A stretch of DNA of 50,932 nucleotides from Candidatus Sericytochromatia bacterium (GTDB lineage Bacteria > Cyanobacteriota > Sericytochromatia > S15B-MN24 > JAQBPE01): the NCBI GenBank assembly GCA_035285125.1, contig JAYKHR010000110.1, positions 1 through 50,932 on the forward strand, written 5' to 3'. Under the pieces are notes generated by a model that saw only the letters and a program-made list of their open reading frames with translations, was not told where the DNA came from and searched no databases. Positions 18,092-28,469 of the stretch are shown here, piece by piece (the first letter of the stretch is position 1; each line of letters starts with the position of its first letter). The translations under genes and the position numbers were made by a program.

Positions 18092-18220
18092 CCTGGCGCC
18101 GCTCGATCCGGCAACCCGTTATTTTCCGGTTAAACCTGTTCTAAGGCACGTATCCTCCCGGCCTCACCGGGCGACAACCCTGTTGGTCGCACCACGTCTA
18201 GCTTGGAGTCAAATGCCCGC

Positions 18221-19228
18221 ATGACGGTCGCGAACACGCTCGCCCCGCAGACCGCGCCGACGACCGGAGCGCCCTGGCGCCCCGGCTTCCTTTACGGCCC
18301 AACGGGTGGGGCCGGCGGGACGCTCGGCCCGGCCCGCCGGTTCTGGGCCACCGGAAGTTCGCCGGACGCGCTCCGGCGTGAGCTCTATGCCGCGATGGCC
18401 GAGGGCGTCACCTGGGACCTCGTCGCGCAGCCGCACCTGCAGCGCCTCTGGGGGCAGATCTCCCAGCTTCAGGGCGGCCAGCTCGACTCGGTGCGGCAGC
18501 TGCTCGAAGCCGCCCACACGCGCGTGGAGCAGATCTTCCTTCTTAAAGCCTTTGCGGCGAACGAACCCTGGCAGGCGCTGGTCCGCTACGCGGACGAGAT
18601 GCGTGGCCTGCCCGAGGGAGAAATCGTTCGCCGCAGCACGATGCGCGACGACCGGGAGCTGATCCAGCAGTGGCAAGATTCCTGCGGCCCCACGGTGCTG
18701 CAGGTGGCGGCAGGCGAGCTCGACCCGCGCTACGCCTGGGAGCTCAACAAGACCTGGGATCTCTCGGCCATCGACCCCCTCGGCGCCAATCAGAACGTCG
18801 CCTCGCAGCAGCAGCAGTGGCTGGAGAGCTACGGCGGCCGGGCTGTCCAGCGCGGCGGTGCAGGCGGCGCCGGGATCGCGCTCACGCGGCTGCTGAATGA
18901 CATGCTCACGCCGCTCACGGGCGTCCGCTACACGACCGTGCCCGTGCCGGACAAGTGGGGAGCGTTGGCGCAGATCGGCCAGGCCCTGCGGGCAGGCTTC
19001 GACGTTCCCCTTCGCATCTCCTGGGACCAGCCTGGGAGCGGCTCGGACAGCGGCCACTTCGTGCTGGCGATGGGGACCCGCCAGGGCGCCTCCGGCGAGG
19101 AATTCCAGATCCATGACCCTTGGACTGGCCGCACGGCCTGGGTTCCCACCGCCACCATCGCAGCCGACCGCATGCCCCCGATGTTCGACCGCTACGCCCG
19201 GCTGACGCACCACTACCAGCCGACCTGA
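18221..19228 (+). CDS. C39-like (papain-fold) cysteine peptidase domain protein
   Basis: QQWQDSCGPT (Q/C), GHFVL (H) and IHDPW (D) in C39-like order; GGAG upstream. Confidence 0.6.
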   Translation: MTVANTLAPQTAPTTGAPWRPGFLYGPTGGAGGTLGPARRFWATGSSPDALRRELYAAMAEGVTWDLVAQPHLQRLWGQISQLQGGQLDSVRQLLEAAHTRVEQIFLLKAFAANEPWQALVRYADEMRGLPEGEIVRRSTMRDDRELIQQWQDSCGPTVLQVAAGELDPRYAWELNKTWDLSAIDPLGANQNVASQQQQWLESYGGRAVQRGGAGGAGIALTRLLNDMLTPLTGVRYTTVPVPDKWGALAQIGQALRAGFDVPLRISWDQPGSGSDSGHFVLAMGTRQGASGEEFQIHDPWTGRTAWVPTATIAADRMPPMFDRYARLTHHYQPT

Positions 19229-19234
19229 GCCCGG

Positions 19235-19735
19235 ATGCGCCCCGCCCCCCCACGCGCCGCGAACCCCCACTACCAGGACCCCAGGGCCTACATGGCCCGC
19301 GGGTTCTTCGGGGCCGATGGGCAGCCCAGGCGCGCGTTGCACGGGGAACTGGCCATGGCCATGGGGCGCGAGCTGCTGATCCGGGCGGTGCCACTGGAGG
19401 TCGTCGGCGCCATCGCGCAGGCGGTGGCCAGACTGGCAGCCAGCCCGGCGCCCCTCGACGCGCGTCGGGCCTGGCTGCTCGAGCGGTCCCGGGACCCCAG
19501 GCTCCAACGTCACGCCTGCCTCGTGCGGCTGCTGCAGGCCGGCGCCGGGGCGGTGAGGAAGCCCGAGGACCTGGCGGCCTTTGCCCGGCATGTGCTTCGC
19601 GTGCACCAGCTGGCGGCCTTCGAGCGGGCCTTGGGACGCGCCATCGACCTCGAACAGGCCGAGGCCCGCCGACGAGACGGACGAGCACGCCACGTGAAGG
19701 CCTCGCGGCAGAAACGAGGCGGCCAGGGGTCCTGA
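19235..19735 (+). CDS. Hypothetical helical protein, possibly Csm2-like
   Basis: Starts 6 nt after the upstream gene. GFFGADG and AVRKPEDLAAFARH resemble Csm2 termini by eye only. Confidence 0.55.
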   Translation: MRPAPPRAANPHYQDPRAYMARGFFGADGQPRRALHGELAMAMGRELLIRAVPLEVVGAIAQAVARLAASPAPLDARRAWLLERSRDPRLQRHACLVRLLQAGAGAVRKPEDLAAFARHVLRVHQLAAFERALGRAIDLEQAEARRRDGRARHVKASRQKRGGQGS

Positions 19736-19744
19736 GCCCTTCGG

Positions 19745-19780
19745 AGGGGGCCACGCCGGAAATTTCCGGCGTGGCCCCCT
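19745..19780. repeat. Perfect 36-bp palindrome; possible terminator or protein-binding site
   Basis: AGGGGGCCACGCCGGAAA|TTTCCGGCGTGGCCCCCT: 18-bp arms with no spacer. Confidence 0.85.
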
Positions 19781-19952
19781 TAAGCTTCGGCAAGAACGCG
19801 GTAAAATGGCAGCCGTCCTGATCCGACCTTGGGGAACCTTTCAGGGTCCTGCGCGGTCGAAGTGGGGCAGACGAGCGGTACACCCGCCTTTCACCTGCAG
19901 CTGTTTCACAGTCAGAGAGGAGAGCCGAGCCCGTGATGAAGGGGGAACACCC

Positions 19953-20919
<967 letters not shown>

Positions 20920-20927
<8 letters not shown>

Positions 20928-21630
20928 GATCCTGGCCATCGCGGGCCGCGAGATGCGCAGCTACTTCGCATCCCCGCTCGCCTTCATCGTCGCCGCGGTC
21001 TTCATGGTGATCGTCGGCTACCTCTTTGCCCTGATCGCCTACCACACGCGCCAGGCCAACTTCGGGCCCTGGTTCTCGAACATGGCGGTGGTGCTGCTGC
21101 TGGTCATCCCGGCCCTCACGATGCGCCTCATCGCCGACGAGCGGCGAACGGGCACGATCGAGCTGTTGATGACGTCCCCCATCCACGATCGCGACCTGGT
21201 CCTCGGGAAGTTCCTGGCCTCCGCGTTCTACCTGCTGTTCCTGATGACGCTCACCATCGTGTGCCCGCTCATCCTGGCCACGAGCACCAAGCTCGACTGG
21301 GCCACGCTCTGGTCGAGCTACCTGGGCGCGTACCTGCTTGGCTGTAGCTTCATGGCGGTGGGCGTGTTCGCCAGCTCGCTGACGGCCAACGTCATCGTGG
21401 CGGCGATGCTGACCTTTGCCATCACGCTGGTCCTGTGGCTGCTTCCCTCGGCAGGCCAGATGTTCGGTGGCACGGCCGCCGACGTGATGCAGTACCTGTC
21501 CGTCATGCAGCACCAGGAGAACATGGGGCGTGGCGTGCTCGACACGAGTGACCTCGTCTTCTACATCAGCTTCATCGCCGCCTGGCTGTTCATGGCCATC
21601 CGGTCGGTTGAAACCTACCACTGGAGGTAA
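20920..21630 (+). CDS. ABC-2 permease (GldF-like)
   Basis: REMRSYFASP, PALTMRLIADERRTGTIELLMTSP and LGKFLA; about 6 TM segments. Confidence 0.9.
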
Positions 21631-21636
21631 GCCCGC

Positions 21637-23214
21637 ATGTCCGAACCCAACATGAGTCCGGAAGACGCCCGGTTCTCGGTCGTCGACAAGATCAACCTGG
21701 CCTTCGGCCTGCTGGCGATCGTGCTGCTGGCGGGCGCCCTGGGCCTGACCTACGTGCCTGAGACCAGCTTGTCGTTCCTGTCCCGCGACAGCCGCTTTGC
21801 CCTGTCGGGCAACCTCCGGCTGGCCGGCCTGGTGGCGATGGGGCTCTACGTCGTCACGCTGCTGATGCTCAAGGAGCGGGAGGTCGCGCAGTTCCTGAAA
21901 CACCGCCACACCCACTCCGGCGCCAACATCGGGGTGCAGGTGGTGGCCATCATCGCCATCCTCTCGGCCGTGAACTACTTCGGCACGCGCCACCACGCCC
22001 GCATCGACCTGACGGAGAACAAGGCCTACTCGCTGTCCGAGCAGAGCCTGAAGGTCATCAAGGACCTCAAGGAGCCCGTCACCGTCGAGCTGTTCATCCG
22101 CAAGGGCGAGCCCCAGTCGACCAACCTGGAGACGCTCTGGAGCCAGTACGCCTACGCCTCCGACAAGGTGAAGCTCGAGATCATCGACATCGACCGCAAC
22201 CCGACACGGGCTCGCCAGAACAAGATCACGGCCTACGGCTCGTCCGTCGTGTCGCGGGGCACCCAGACCACCACCCTCACGGGCTCCCAGGAGCAGGACC
22301 TGACCTCCGCCATCATCAAGGTGACGCGCGAGGGTCAAAAGACCGTGTACTTCACCACCGGCCACGGTGAGGCCTCCTACGAGAAGTTCGACAAGGAGGG
22401 CGCCACCCAGCTCAAGGACGCCATCGAGAAGCAGATGTACAAGGTGGACAAGCTCGCGCTGTTCACCGCGGGCAAGGTGCCGACGGACGCCTCCGTCGTC
22501 ATCGTTCTGGGCCCGACCAAGCCCTTCGCACCGAAGGAGCTTGACGCGCTCAAGACCTACATCCGGGGCGGAGGCCGCGCCATCGTCTGCGCAACGCCGC
22601 AGGCCGAGGACAACCTGAACGACCTCACCAAGGAGTTCGGCATCGAGATCCGCAACGACCTCGTGATCGATCCCGCGTCGAACCTGTTCGGCGAGGTGGC
22701 CGTCCCAGTGGTGCAGCGGTTCCCGTACCACGCCATCACCCAGAGCCTCCAGGCCGCCTACTTCCCGGGCAGCCGGTCACTGGTGAAGGTGGCGACGATG
22801 CCGACCGGCGTCAGCGCGATCTCGCCGCTGGCCGAGACCACGCCCGAAGCGTGGGGTGAGACCAACATCAAGGGTCGCAACCTCCAGTTCGATGCGGGCA
22901 AGGACACCAAGGGCCCCCTGCAGCTCATGATGGTCTCGGAGCTCGGCTCCAAGGGCCGCCTGATCGTGAGCGGCAACACCATGTTCGCCACGAACGCGGC
23001 CTTCTCCCAGATCAACAACGGGGACCTCTTCCTCGCTGGCATGAACTGGGCGTCGGGTGAGGACAGCCTCGTGTCGATTCCCCCCAAGGATCCCGCGAAC
23101 AAGCAGCTGAACCTTCAGCCCGCCCAGTTCTACGGCATCTTCGCGGCGGCCGTCGGGCTGTTCCCCGCCCTGCTGCTGCTTGCTGCCGCCTTCGTGTGGT
23201 GGCGTCGGAGGTAA
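21637..23214 (+). CDS. GldG-family ABC auxiliary component
   Basis: RIDLTENKAYSLSEQS, VYFTTGHGE and NGDLFLAGMNW; C-terminal TM ending WWRRR. Confidence 0.9.
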   Translation: MSEPNMSPEDARFSVVDKINLAFGLLAIVLLAGALGLTYVPETSLSFLSRDSRFALSGNLRLAGLVAMGLYVVTLLMLKEREVAQFLKHRHTHSGANIGVQVVAIIAILSAVNYFGTRHHARIDLTENKAYSLSEQSLKVIKDLKEPVTVELFIRKGEPQSTNLETLWSQYAYASDKVKLEIIDIDRNPTRARQNKITAYGSSVVSRGTQTTTLTGSQEQDLTSAIIKVTREGQKTVYFTTGHGEASYEKFDKEGATQLKDAIEKQMYKVDKLALFTAGKVPTDASVVIVLGPTKPFAPKELDALKTYIRGGGRAIVCATPQAEDNLNDLTKEFGIEIRNDLVIDPASNLFGEVAVPVVQRFPYHAITQSLQAAYFPGSRSLVKVATMPTGVSAISPLAETTPEAWGETNIKGRNLQFDAGKDTKGPLQLMMVSELGSKGRLIVSGNTMFATNAAFSQINNGDLFLAGMNWASGEDSLVSIPPKDPANKQLNLQPAQFYGIFAAAVGLFPALLLLAAAFVWWRRR

Positions 23215-23220
23215 TTGACG

Positions 23221-23925
23221 ATGAAAAGCGACAAGAAGTTCACCCTCGGCCTGGTGGCCGCGGCCCTGGCGATGGGCGCCTACATGGTGTTCGTCGAGGC
23301 CAAGAAGGATGCCCCTCTCGACACCAAAGACCTGGAGGTCTGGAGCCTCTCGGAGGCCCAGGCGGGCAACCTCAAGCGCCTCGTGGTCGAGACGGGCGGC
23401 AAGAAGGTCACCTTCGTTCGCGAAGGTGACACCTGGTCCATCCCCGAGATGAAGGGCCGCGAGGTCGACCAGATCAACTTCAAGGGCCCCTACGACAAGC
23501 TCCGCACCCTGCTCGCCACGCGCAAGCTGGAGTCGGGCGAGGCGAACAAGGCCACCTACGGGCTCGACAACCCCTCTGGCACGCTGACGTGGGGCGACGA
23601 CACGACGCCCTACAAGCTGACCTTCGGGGCGACCACCCCCACGGGCGACGGGGTCTACACCCACGTCGCCAAGGACGACGGCGTCTACACCGTCGCCAAG
23701 TACAAGGTCGACGAGTGGAAGAACCTCGCGTTCACCCCCCCTCTGCTGCCTCTGCCCTCGCCGAGCCCGTCTCCCAGCAAGGCGCCGGCGGCGGCACCGT
23801 CGGCAGCAGCCGGCGGCGCCTCGGCACCTGCGACAAGCCCCGCCCCTTCGGCGGCGGCAGCCTCCACGGCCCCTGCGGCCAGCGCCGCTCCCGCGGGAGC
23901 CGGTCACGACGGCCACCACCACTAG
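23221..23925 (+). CDS. DUF4340-domain protein with a Pro/Ala tail ending GHDGHHH
   Basis: N-terminal TM, YGLDNP and FGATTPTGDGVY; usual fourth gene of Gld-like ABC operons. Confidence 0.8.
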   Translation: MKSDKKFTLGLVAAALAMGAYMVFVEAKKDAPLDTKDLEVWSLSEAQAGNLKRLVVETGGKKVTFVREGDTWSIPEMKGREVDQINFKGPYDKLRTLLATRKLESGEANKATYGLDNPSGTLTWGDDTTPYKLTFGATTPTGDGVYTHVAKDDGVYTVAKYKVDEWKNLAFTPPLLPLPSPSPSPSKAPAAAPSAAAGGASAPATSPAPSAAAASTAPAASAAPAGAGHDGHHH

Positions 23926-23943
23926 CCAGTCCGAGTGACCGGC

Positions 23944-23978
23944 CAGAGGCCCCGCCCATCGGCGGGGCCTCTGCTTTT
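23944..23978 (+). terminator. Intrinsic terminator of the ABC operon
   Basis: CAGAGGCCCCGCC-CATC-GGCGGGGCCTCTG followed by CTTTT. Confidence 0.85.
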
Positions 23979-23997
23979 GCGGTACGATAGAGCCATC

Positions 23998-24630
23998 ATG
24001 CGTCGCGCCCGTGGGCTGCTCGCGGCCCTTGCCCTCCTCCTGCTGCTGCTCGGCACCGTGGCCCCCCCGGCCAGGGCAACGCCGAGGGTCCTATCCCTGC
24101 TCGGCTGGCTGAACGAACAGGTCAAGCGCAGCGAACTGGCCGTGCTCGGCCAGGCCCAGGTGGATGCCTACCCCAACCCGCACGGGGGCCAGATGCAGGT
24201 GCTGCTGCTCGTGGGGCAGGTGTACCACGGCACCCGGGTGCCGCCGCGCATCACCGTCAAGGTCAAGCCTGGCTGGATCGGTAGCCACTATGTGCTCCCG
24301 GCACCCATCTTGCGGGGGCAATGGGTGCTGTTGTTCTGCCGCTACGAACGCGGCGAGTGGACGGCCCCCCCCCTGGGCCGCGTCGTGGAAACGCCGCACC
24401 AGGGCCTCACGTTCGTCACCGACGCCGATGTGGTGCTCGAGGATGCCGCCCCCGGGCTGTCCTGGTCTTACGTGCTGGACAGCCTGACCCAGCTCGTCGC
24501 CACGCGCCAGCAGGTGATCAACGGCTACTCCCCGCGGCTGCGCTTGGCCCGCACCAAGGAACAGCGGGACAGGCTCCAGTGGGCCATCGAGTACGAGGTG
24601 AAGGATCACCTCGGCCTGCCGGTGCCATGA
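23998..24630 (+). CDS. Hypothetical secreted protein
   Basis: Signal peptide MRRARGLLAALALLLLLLG...ARA; ATGA overlap with the next gene. Confidence 0.7.
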   Translation: MRRARGLLAALALLLLLLGTVAPPARATPRVLSLLGWLNEQVKRSELAVLGQAQVDAYPNPHGGQMQVLLLVGQVYHGTRVPPRITVKVKPGWIGSHYVLPAPILRGQWVLLFCRYERGEWTAPPLGRVVETPHQGLTFVTDADVVLEDAAPGLSWSYVLDSLTQLVATRQQVINGYSPRLRLARTKEQRDRLQWAIEYEVKDHLGLPVP

Positions 24631-26117
24631 CCACCTGCCGCCGCCTGCCCGGAGGCCTGGCGCTGGGGCTCGCCGTGGCGAGCCTGCTGGGGTGCGAGGC
24701 GCCCCTGGCCCCCACGGACGTGGACGCCGTGATGGGCGATGGGCGCCCGGGAAGGCTCGAGACGTTGCGGGCGGGAGCCACCACCCTCACCCAGCTGGTG
24801 CCGGGGCGCGGTGCCATCTTGGCGCTGGGGTCCTCGACGCAGCGCGCGGACCAGGTGGCCTGGCAGGCTGAGCCCGGGGCCCGGGCCTGGCGGACGGAGG
24901 CCACCGCCGCCCGCCCGTGCGCAGAGGCCAGGCTGCGGGCCTGGGAGGCCCCCCTGCGCGCCCACCCGCCAGAGAGGCCTCGGCCCCGGCGGCTGCAGGC
25001 AGCGCCCGAGGTCCGGGTCGGCGCCACGGATCGCTTCTGGGTCGTGCGCCAGACGGCGGGGAACCGGGCGCTCGAAGCGCGCATTGAGGCTCGGTGCCTG
25101 GTCGTCGGCAGCCACTGCCTCGTGTGGCTGGACACGGCACTCGACGCGGAGGCGCTTCAAGACAGGCTTCAGGAGATCGCCGACAGTTTCGATGGTGCCG
25201 TCTACCCCACCACGACCGGGCTGTTCGGCGTGCCCCTCGCCGAGGGGGGGGGCGGCGAGGCGCGTGTCTCCCTGCTGATCTCACCCGCGGTGGGCAACTA
25301 CGGCGAAGACACCACGCTAGGCTACTTCGCGCTCCGGGACCTGTTTCCCCCTGACCTCGCGTCGGAGGATCTGCCAGAGGTGGCCCGCAGCAACCACAGG
25401 CTGCTGCTGTACATGTCGCCCCTGGTCGTGGGCCATGGGCGCCCCACCGACTACCTCGGGACCGTGGCCCACGAGTTCCAGCACCTCATCGGGGCCAGCC
25501 GACGCATCTTCGCCCCCGGCGGGCCGCGTCGCCCCGAGGCCGTCTGGCTAGACGAGGTGCTCTCGATGGTGGCGATGTCAGCCAACGGCTTTGGCCTGAA
25601 CTCTGACAGCACGGTGCTGTTCAGCCACGTGCGAACCTTTCTGGCCGCCCCGAAGGACTACTCCCTGACCCACTGGGAGCTGAACCCCGAAGATTCGGCC
25701 TATGGCGCGGCCTACCTGTTCGGCACCTACTTGGTGGAGCGGTTCGGTGAGGCCATCTTGCAGGACCTCGTGGACGGCCCCGAGACCGGCCGGGAGAACC
25801 TCGAGGCCCGACTCGCGGCGCGTTCGACGCACTTCGAGGCCGTCTTCCGCGACTGGATGCTCGCCACCCTGCTCGATGAGACCGGCTTCACGGAGGAACC
25901 CAGGCACCGCTACCGCACGCTCGCCCTGATCGGAGGCCGGCCCGGCCGGAGGCTGAGAGGGGTCCGGCTGGAGCAGCTGCCGCTGCCGAGCAGGGCCACC
26001 TTGCTTCTCAAGCCCACGAGCATGAGGTTCCTGGCGCTCCCCCGCGGGGCCACGGGCCCCTTCCACCTGGGCTTCGATGCCCGTGAGGCCCGCGAGGCCT
26101 TCCTGTTGCTGCCTTGA
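24627..26117 (+). CDS. Zinc metallopeptidase (M30 hyicolysin-like), lipoprotein
   Basis: Lipobox LLGC; LGYF...DL, TVAHEFQH, WLDE.LS and YGAAYLF. Confidence 0.8.
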   Translation: MTTCRRLPGGLALGLAVASLLGCEAPLAPTDVDAVMGDGRPGRLETLRAGATTLTQLVPGRGAILALGSSTQRADQVAWQAEPGARAWRTEATAARPCAEARLRAWEAPLRAHPPERPRPRRLQAAPEVRVGATDRFWVVRQTAGNRALEARIEARCLVVGSHCLVWLDTALDAEALQDRLQEIADSFDGAVYPTTTGLFGVPLAEGGGGEARVSLLISPAVGNYGEDTTLGYFALRDLFPPDLASEDLPEVARSNHRLLLYMSPLVVGHGRPTDYLGTVAHEFQHLIGASRRIFAPGGPRRPEAVWLDEVLSMVAMSANGFGLNSDSTVLFSHVRTFLAAPKDYSLTHWELNPEDSAYGAAYLFGTYLVERFGEAILQDLVDGPETGRENLEARLAARSTHFEAVFRDWMLATLLDETGFTEEPRHRYRTLALIGGRPGRRLRGVRLEQLPLPSRATLLLKPTSMRFLALPRGATGPFHLGFDAREAREAFLLLP

Positions 26118-27709
26118 TGAAGCACCTCGCGCTGGATTTCGGCTCCTCCAACACCGTCGTGGCGACCTGGAACGACGCCACGGGCCAGCCGGAAACGCTG
26201 AACGTGGCGGGCCTGAGCCTGCCCCCGCTCGACGGCGCGCCCCCGCTTATCCCCAGCATGGCCTTCGTCGACGATGCCACCACCGGGCGCTGCCGGGTCG
26301 GCGCCGAGGTGCAGCACGCCGGGCTCGACATGGCGGGGGACCCGCGCCTCTTCCGCGGCTTCAAGCGTGGCCTGGCGGCAGACGTCCAGGGTTTCACGCC
26401 GCGCCTCGACGGGGTGGAGGTGGGGGCTGAGGCCCTCGGTCGCTGGTTTCTGGCCCGGGTGCTGGACGCCCTGCCCGGCAAGGCCGTCGAAGAACTGGTG
26501 GTGACGGTCCCCGTCACGGCCTTCGAGCGCTACCTCGACTGGCTGGGTCAGGTGGCCGCCAGGCTCCCCGTGCGACGCCTGCGCGTGCTGGATGAGTCCA
26601 CCGCGGCCGCGCTCGGCTATGACGTGTCGCCGGACGAGGCCCCGGTGCTCGTGATCGACTTCGGTGGCGGCACGCTGGACGTCTCCCTGGTTCGCTTGCC
26701 CTCACCCTCCGGCACCGGCGCAGTGCTGGAAGGAGCCGCCGCGCCACGGGCGGCGCCGGGCGTGGCCACCGTGCTGGGCAAGGCCGGCCTCGTGCTCGGC
26801 GGAGAGGACCTGGACGAGTGGCTGCTGGAGGACTTCCTGGCCCGTCACGGGGCAACGCCAGGGGACGTGCGAGAGGACCTCTCGATGCTCCGCGCCCTTG
26901 CGGAGCGCACCAAGATCAGGCTCTCGAGCGAGCCCACGGCAGAGCTGGCTTTCTTCCACGCGTCGACAGGCCGCACGTGGCGCCACGCCTACACGCGAGA
27001 AGAGTTGGAGGAAGTGCTGGAACGGCACGACCTCTTCACCCGGATCATGGGGGCGCTCGACCAGGTCCTGCGGCAGGCCGAGGCCCGCGGGCTCTCGCGG
27101 GCGGATATCGGGCGCGTGCTGCTGGTGGGGGGAACCACCGTCATCCCGTCGATCCATCGCACCCTCCGCCAGGGGTTCCCACGGGAGCGCGTCGTCAGCC
27201 ACAAGCCCTTCGAGGCCGTGGCGCACGGGGCCTTGGCCCTGAGCCGTGGCACCCGCGTCGAGGACCACCTCTACCACGGCTATGGCATCCGCTACTGGGA
27301 CGAGCGGCGCCAGTGCCACCTCTACGAACCCATCTTCTCCCCCGGGCAAGCCTACCCGACAGCGACCCCCGTCGACCTGGTGCTTCGGGCCTCGCGCTCG
27401 GGCCAAGCCGCGATCGAGCTGATCGTGGGCGAGATGGAGCCCCAGGGCCCCGGCGCGGCCGAGGTCGTGTTCCACGAAGGGCGGCTGGTCGCGAGCCCCC
27501 TGGCGCAGGACGCGCCGCGCGTCGTCCCCCTCAACGACGCCCCGGAAACGCGCACCTTGGCGCGGCTGGAGCCACCCGGATTGCCTGGTATCGACCGGAT
27601 CAAGGCCAGCTTCCTCGTCGACGCGGAGCGCCGCCTGCGGCTGACGGTGGTGGACCTGCAGACCGGAACGACGCTGGTGGAGCACGCCGTCGTCACCCAC
27701 CTGCGCTGA
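26114..27709 (+). CDS. Atypical Hsp70-family protein
   Basis: LALDFGSSNT, DESTAAALGY, VIDFGGGTLDVS and LLVGGTT.IP; the C-terminus is not DnaK-like. Confidence 0.88.
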   Translation: MMKHLALDFGSSNTVVATWNDATGQPETLNVAGLSLPPLDGAPPLIPSMAFVDDATTGRCRVGAEVQHAGLDMAGDPRLFRGFKRGLAADVQGFTPRLDGVEVGAEALGRWFLARVLDALPGKAVEELVVTVPVTAFERYLDWLGQVAARLPVRRLRVLDESTAAALGYDVSPDEAPVLVIDFGGGTLDVSLVRLPSPSGTGAVLEGAAAPRAAPGVATVLGKAGLVLGGEDLDEWLLEDFLARHGATPGDVREDLSMLRALAERTKIRLSSEPTAELAFFHASTGRTWRHAYTREELEEVLERHDLFTRIMGALDQVLRQAEARGLSRADIGRVLLVGGTTVIPSIHRTLRQGFPRERVVSHKPFEAVAHGALALSRGTRVEDHLYHGYGIRYWDERRQCHLYEPIFSPGQAYPTATPVDLVLRASRSGQAAIELIVGEMEPQGPGAAEVVFHEGRLVASPLAQDAPRVVPLNDAPETRTLARLEPPGLPGIDRIKASFLVDAERRLRLTVVDLQTGTTLVEHAVVTHLR

Positions 27710-27725
27710 CGTGAGAGGACCCCCG

Positions 27726-28307
27726 ATGAACGACCAAGCGCCACTTACTGCCGCCCTGGCCGACCACGTCGCCACCCTGGCAGCCCTGGGAGAGGCCGTC
27801 GCGCAGGCCGCCACGCTGCCGGCGCGGACGCTGGCGCGCCTGGCCGGCCGGCCCGTGGAAGGTCCAACAGAGCGGGAACGCGGCCTGCAAGGCCACCTGG
27901 CGGCCCTGCACCGGGAACTCACCGCCGCACGGGAAGCCCTGGCGGCGCGGCCACCGCTGGAGGCGCCAACGCCCCCCTCAGGCAGCGACGTCTTCGCGCT
28001 CAAGCGCCAGCTGTTCCGCAGCTTGGAGCCGACGCTGCTGCAACTGCCCGTGGTGCGCCACGCCGTCAGCCTGGGCGCCCCGACGACGGCCTCCGACGTG
28101 CTGGCGTTGCTCGAGCCGCTGGAACGGGCGCTGTCCACCCTGGGTTACGAGCCGATCGGCCATGTCGGAACCGTGGTGGCGTTCTCACCGGAGGTACACC
28201 AGGCCGTTGTCGGGGCCCTGGCACCGGGTGAGGCCGCGCTGATTCGCACCCCAGGGTACAGGCTGGACGGCGCCCTCGCGGTGCGGGCGCGGGTGGTGCC
28301 GGCCTAG
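27726..28307 (+). CDS. GrpE-like nucleotide exchange factor
   Basis: Long N-terminal helix and a GrpE-type beta head (G.EPIG.VG..V.FSPEVHQ...PGYRL.G.L.VRARV); follows the Hsp70 gene. Confidence 0.65.
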   Translation: MNDQAPLTAALADHVATLAALGEAVAQAATLPARTLARLAGRPVEGPTERERGLQGHLAALHRELTAAREALAARPPLEAPTPPSGSDVFALKRQLFRSLEPTLLQLPVVRHAVSLGAPTTASDVLALLEPLERALSTLGYEPIGHVGTVVAFSPEVHQAVVGALAPGEAALIRTPGYRLDGALAVRARVVPA

Positions 28308-28469
28308 GGCACCGAGCCAGGGAGCCCGCGTGGATGGCGACGGACGCACGTCCAGGGGCCCGGACGACGAGGGAGCGTGCTTGAAGGCACGTGACCAAGG
28401 GGTGATAACGGCCTTGGGCGTCAGAACGAGCCAGCCGCCGGGCGAAGACCTGATTGGTGCAGCTGGGGC

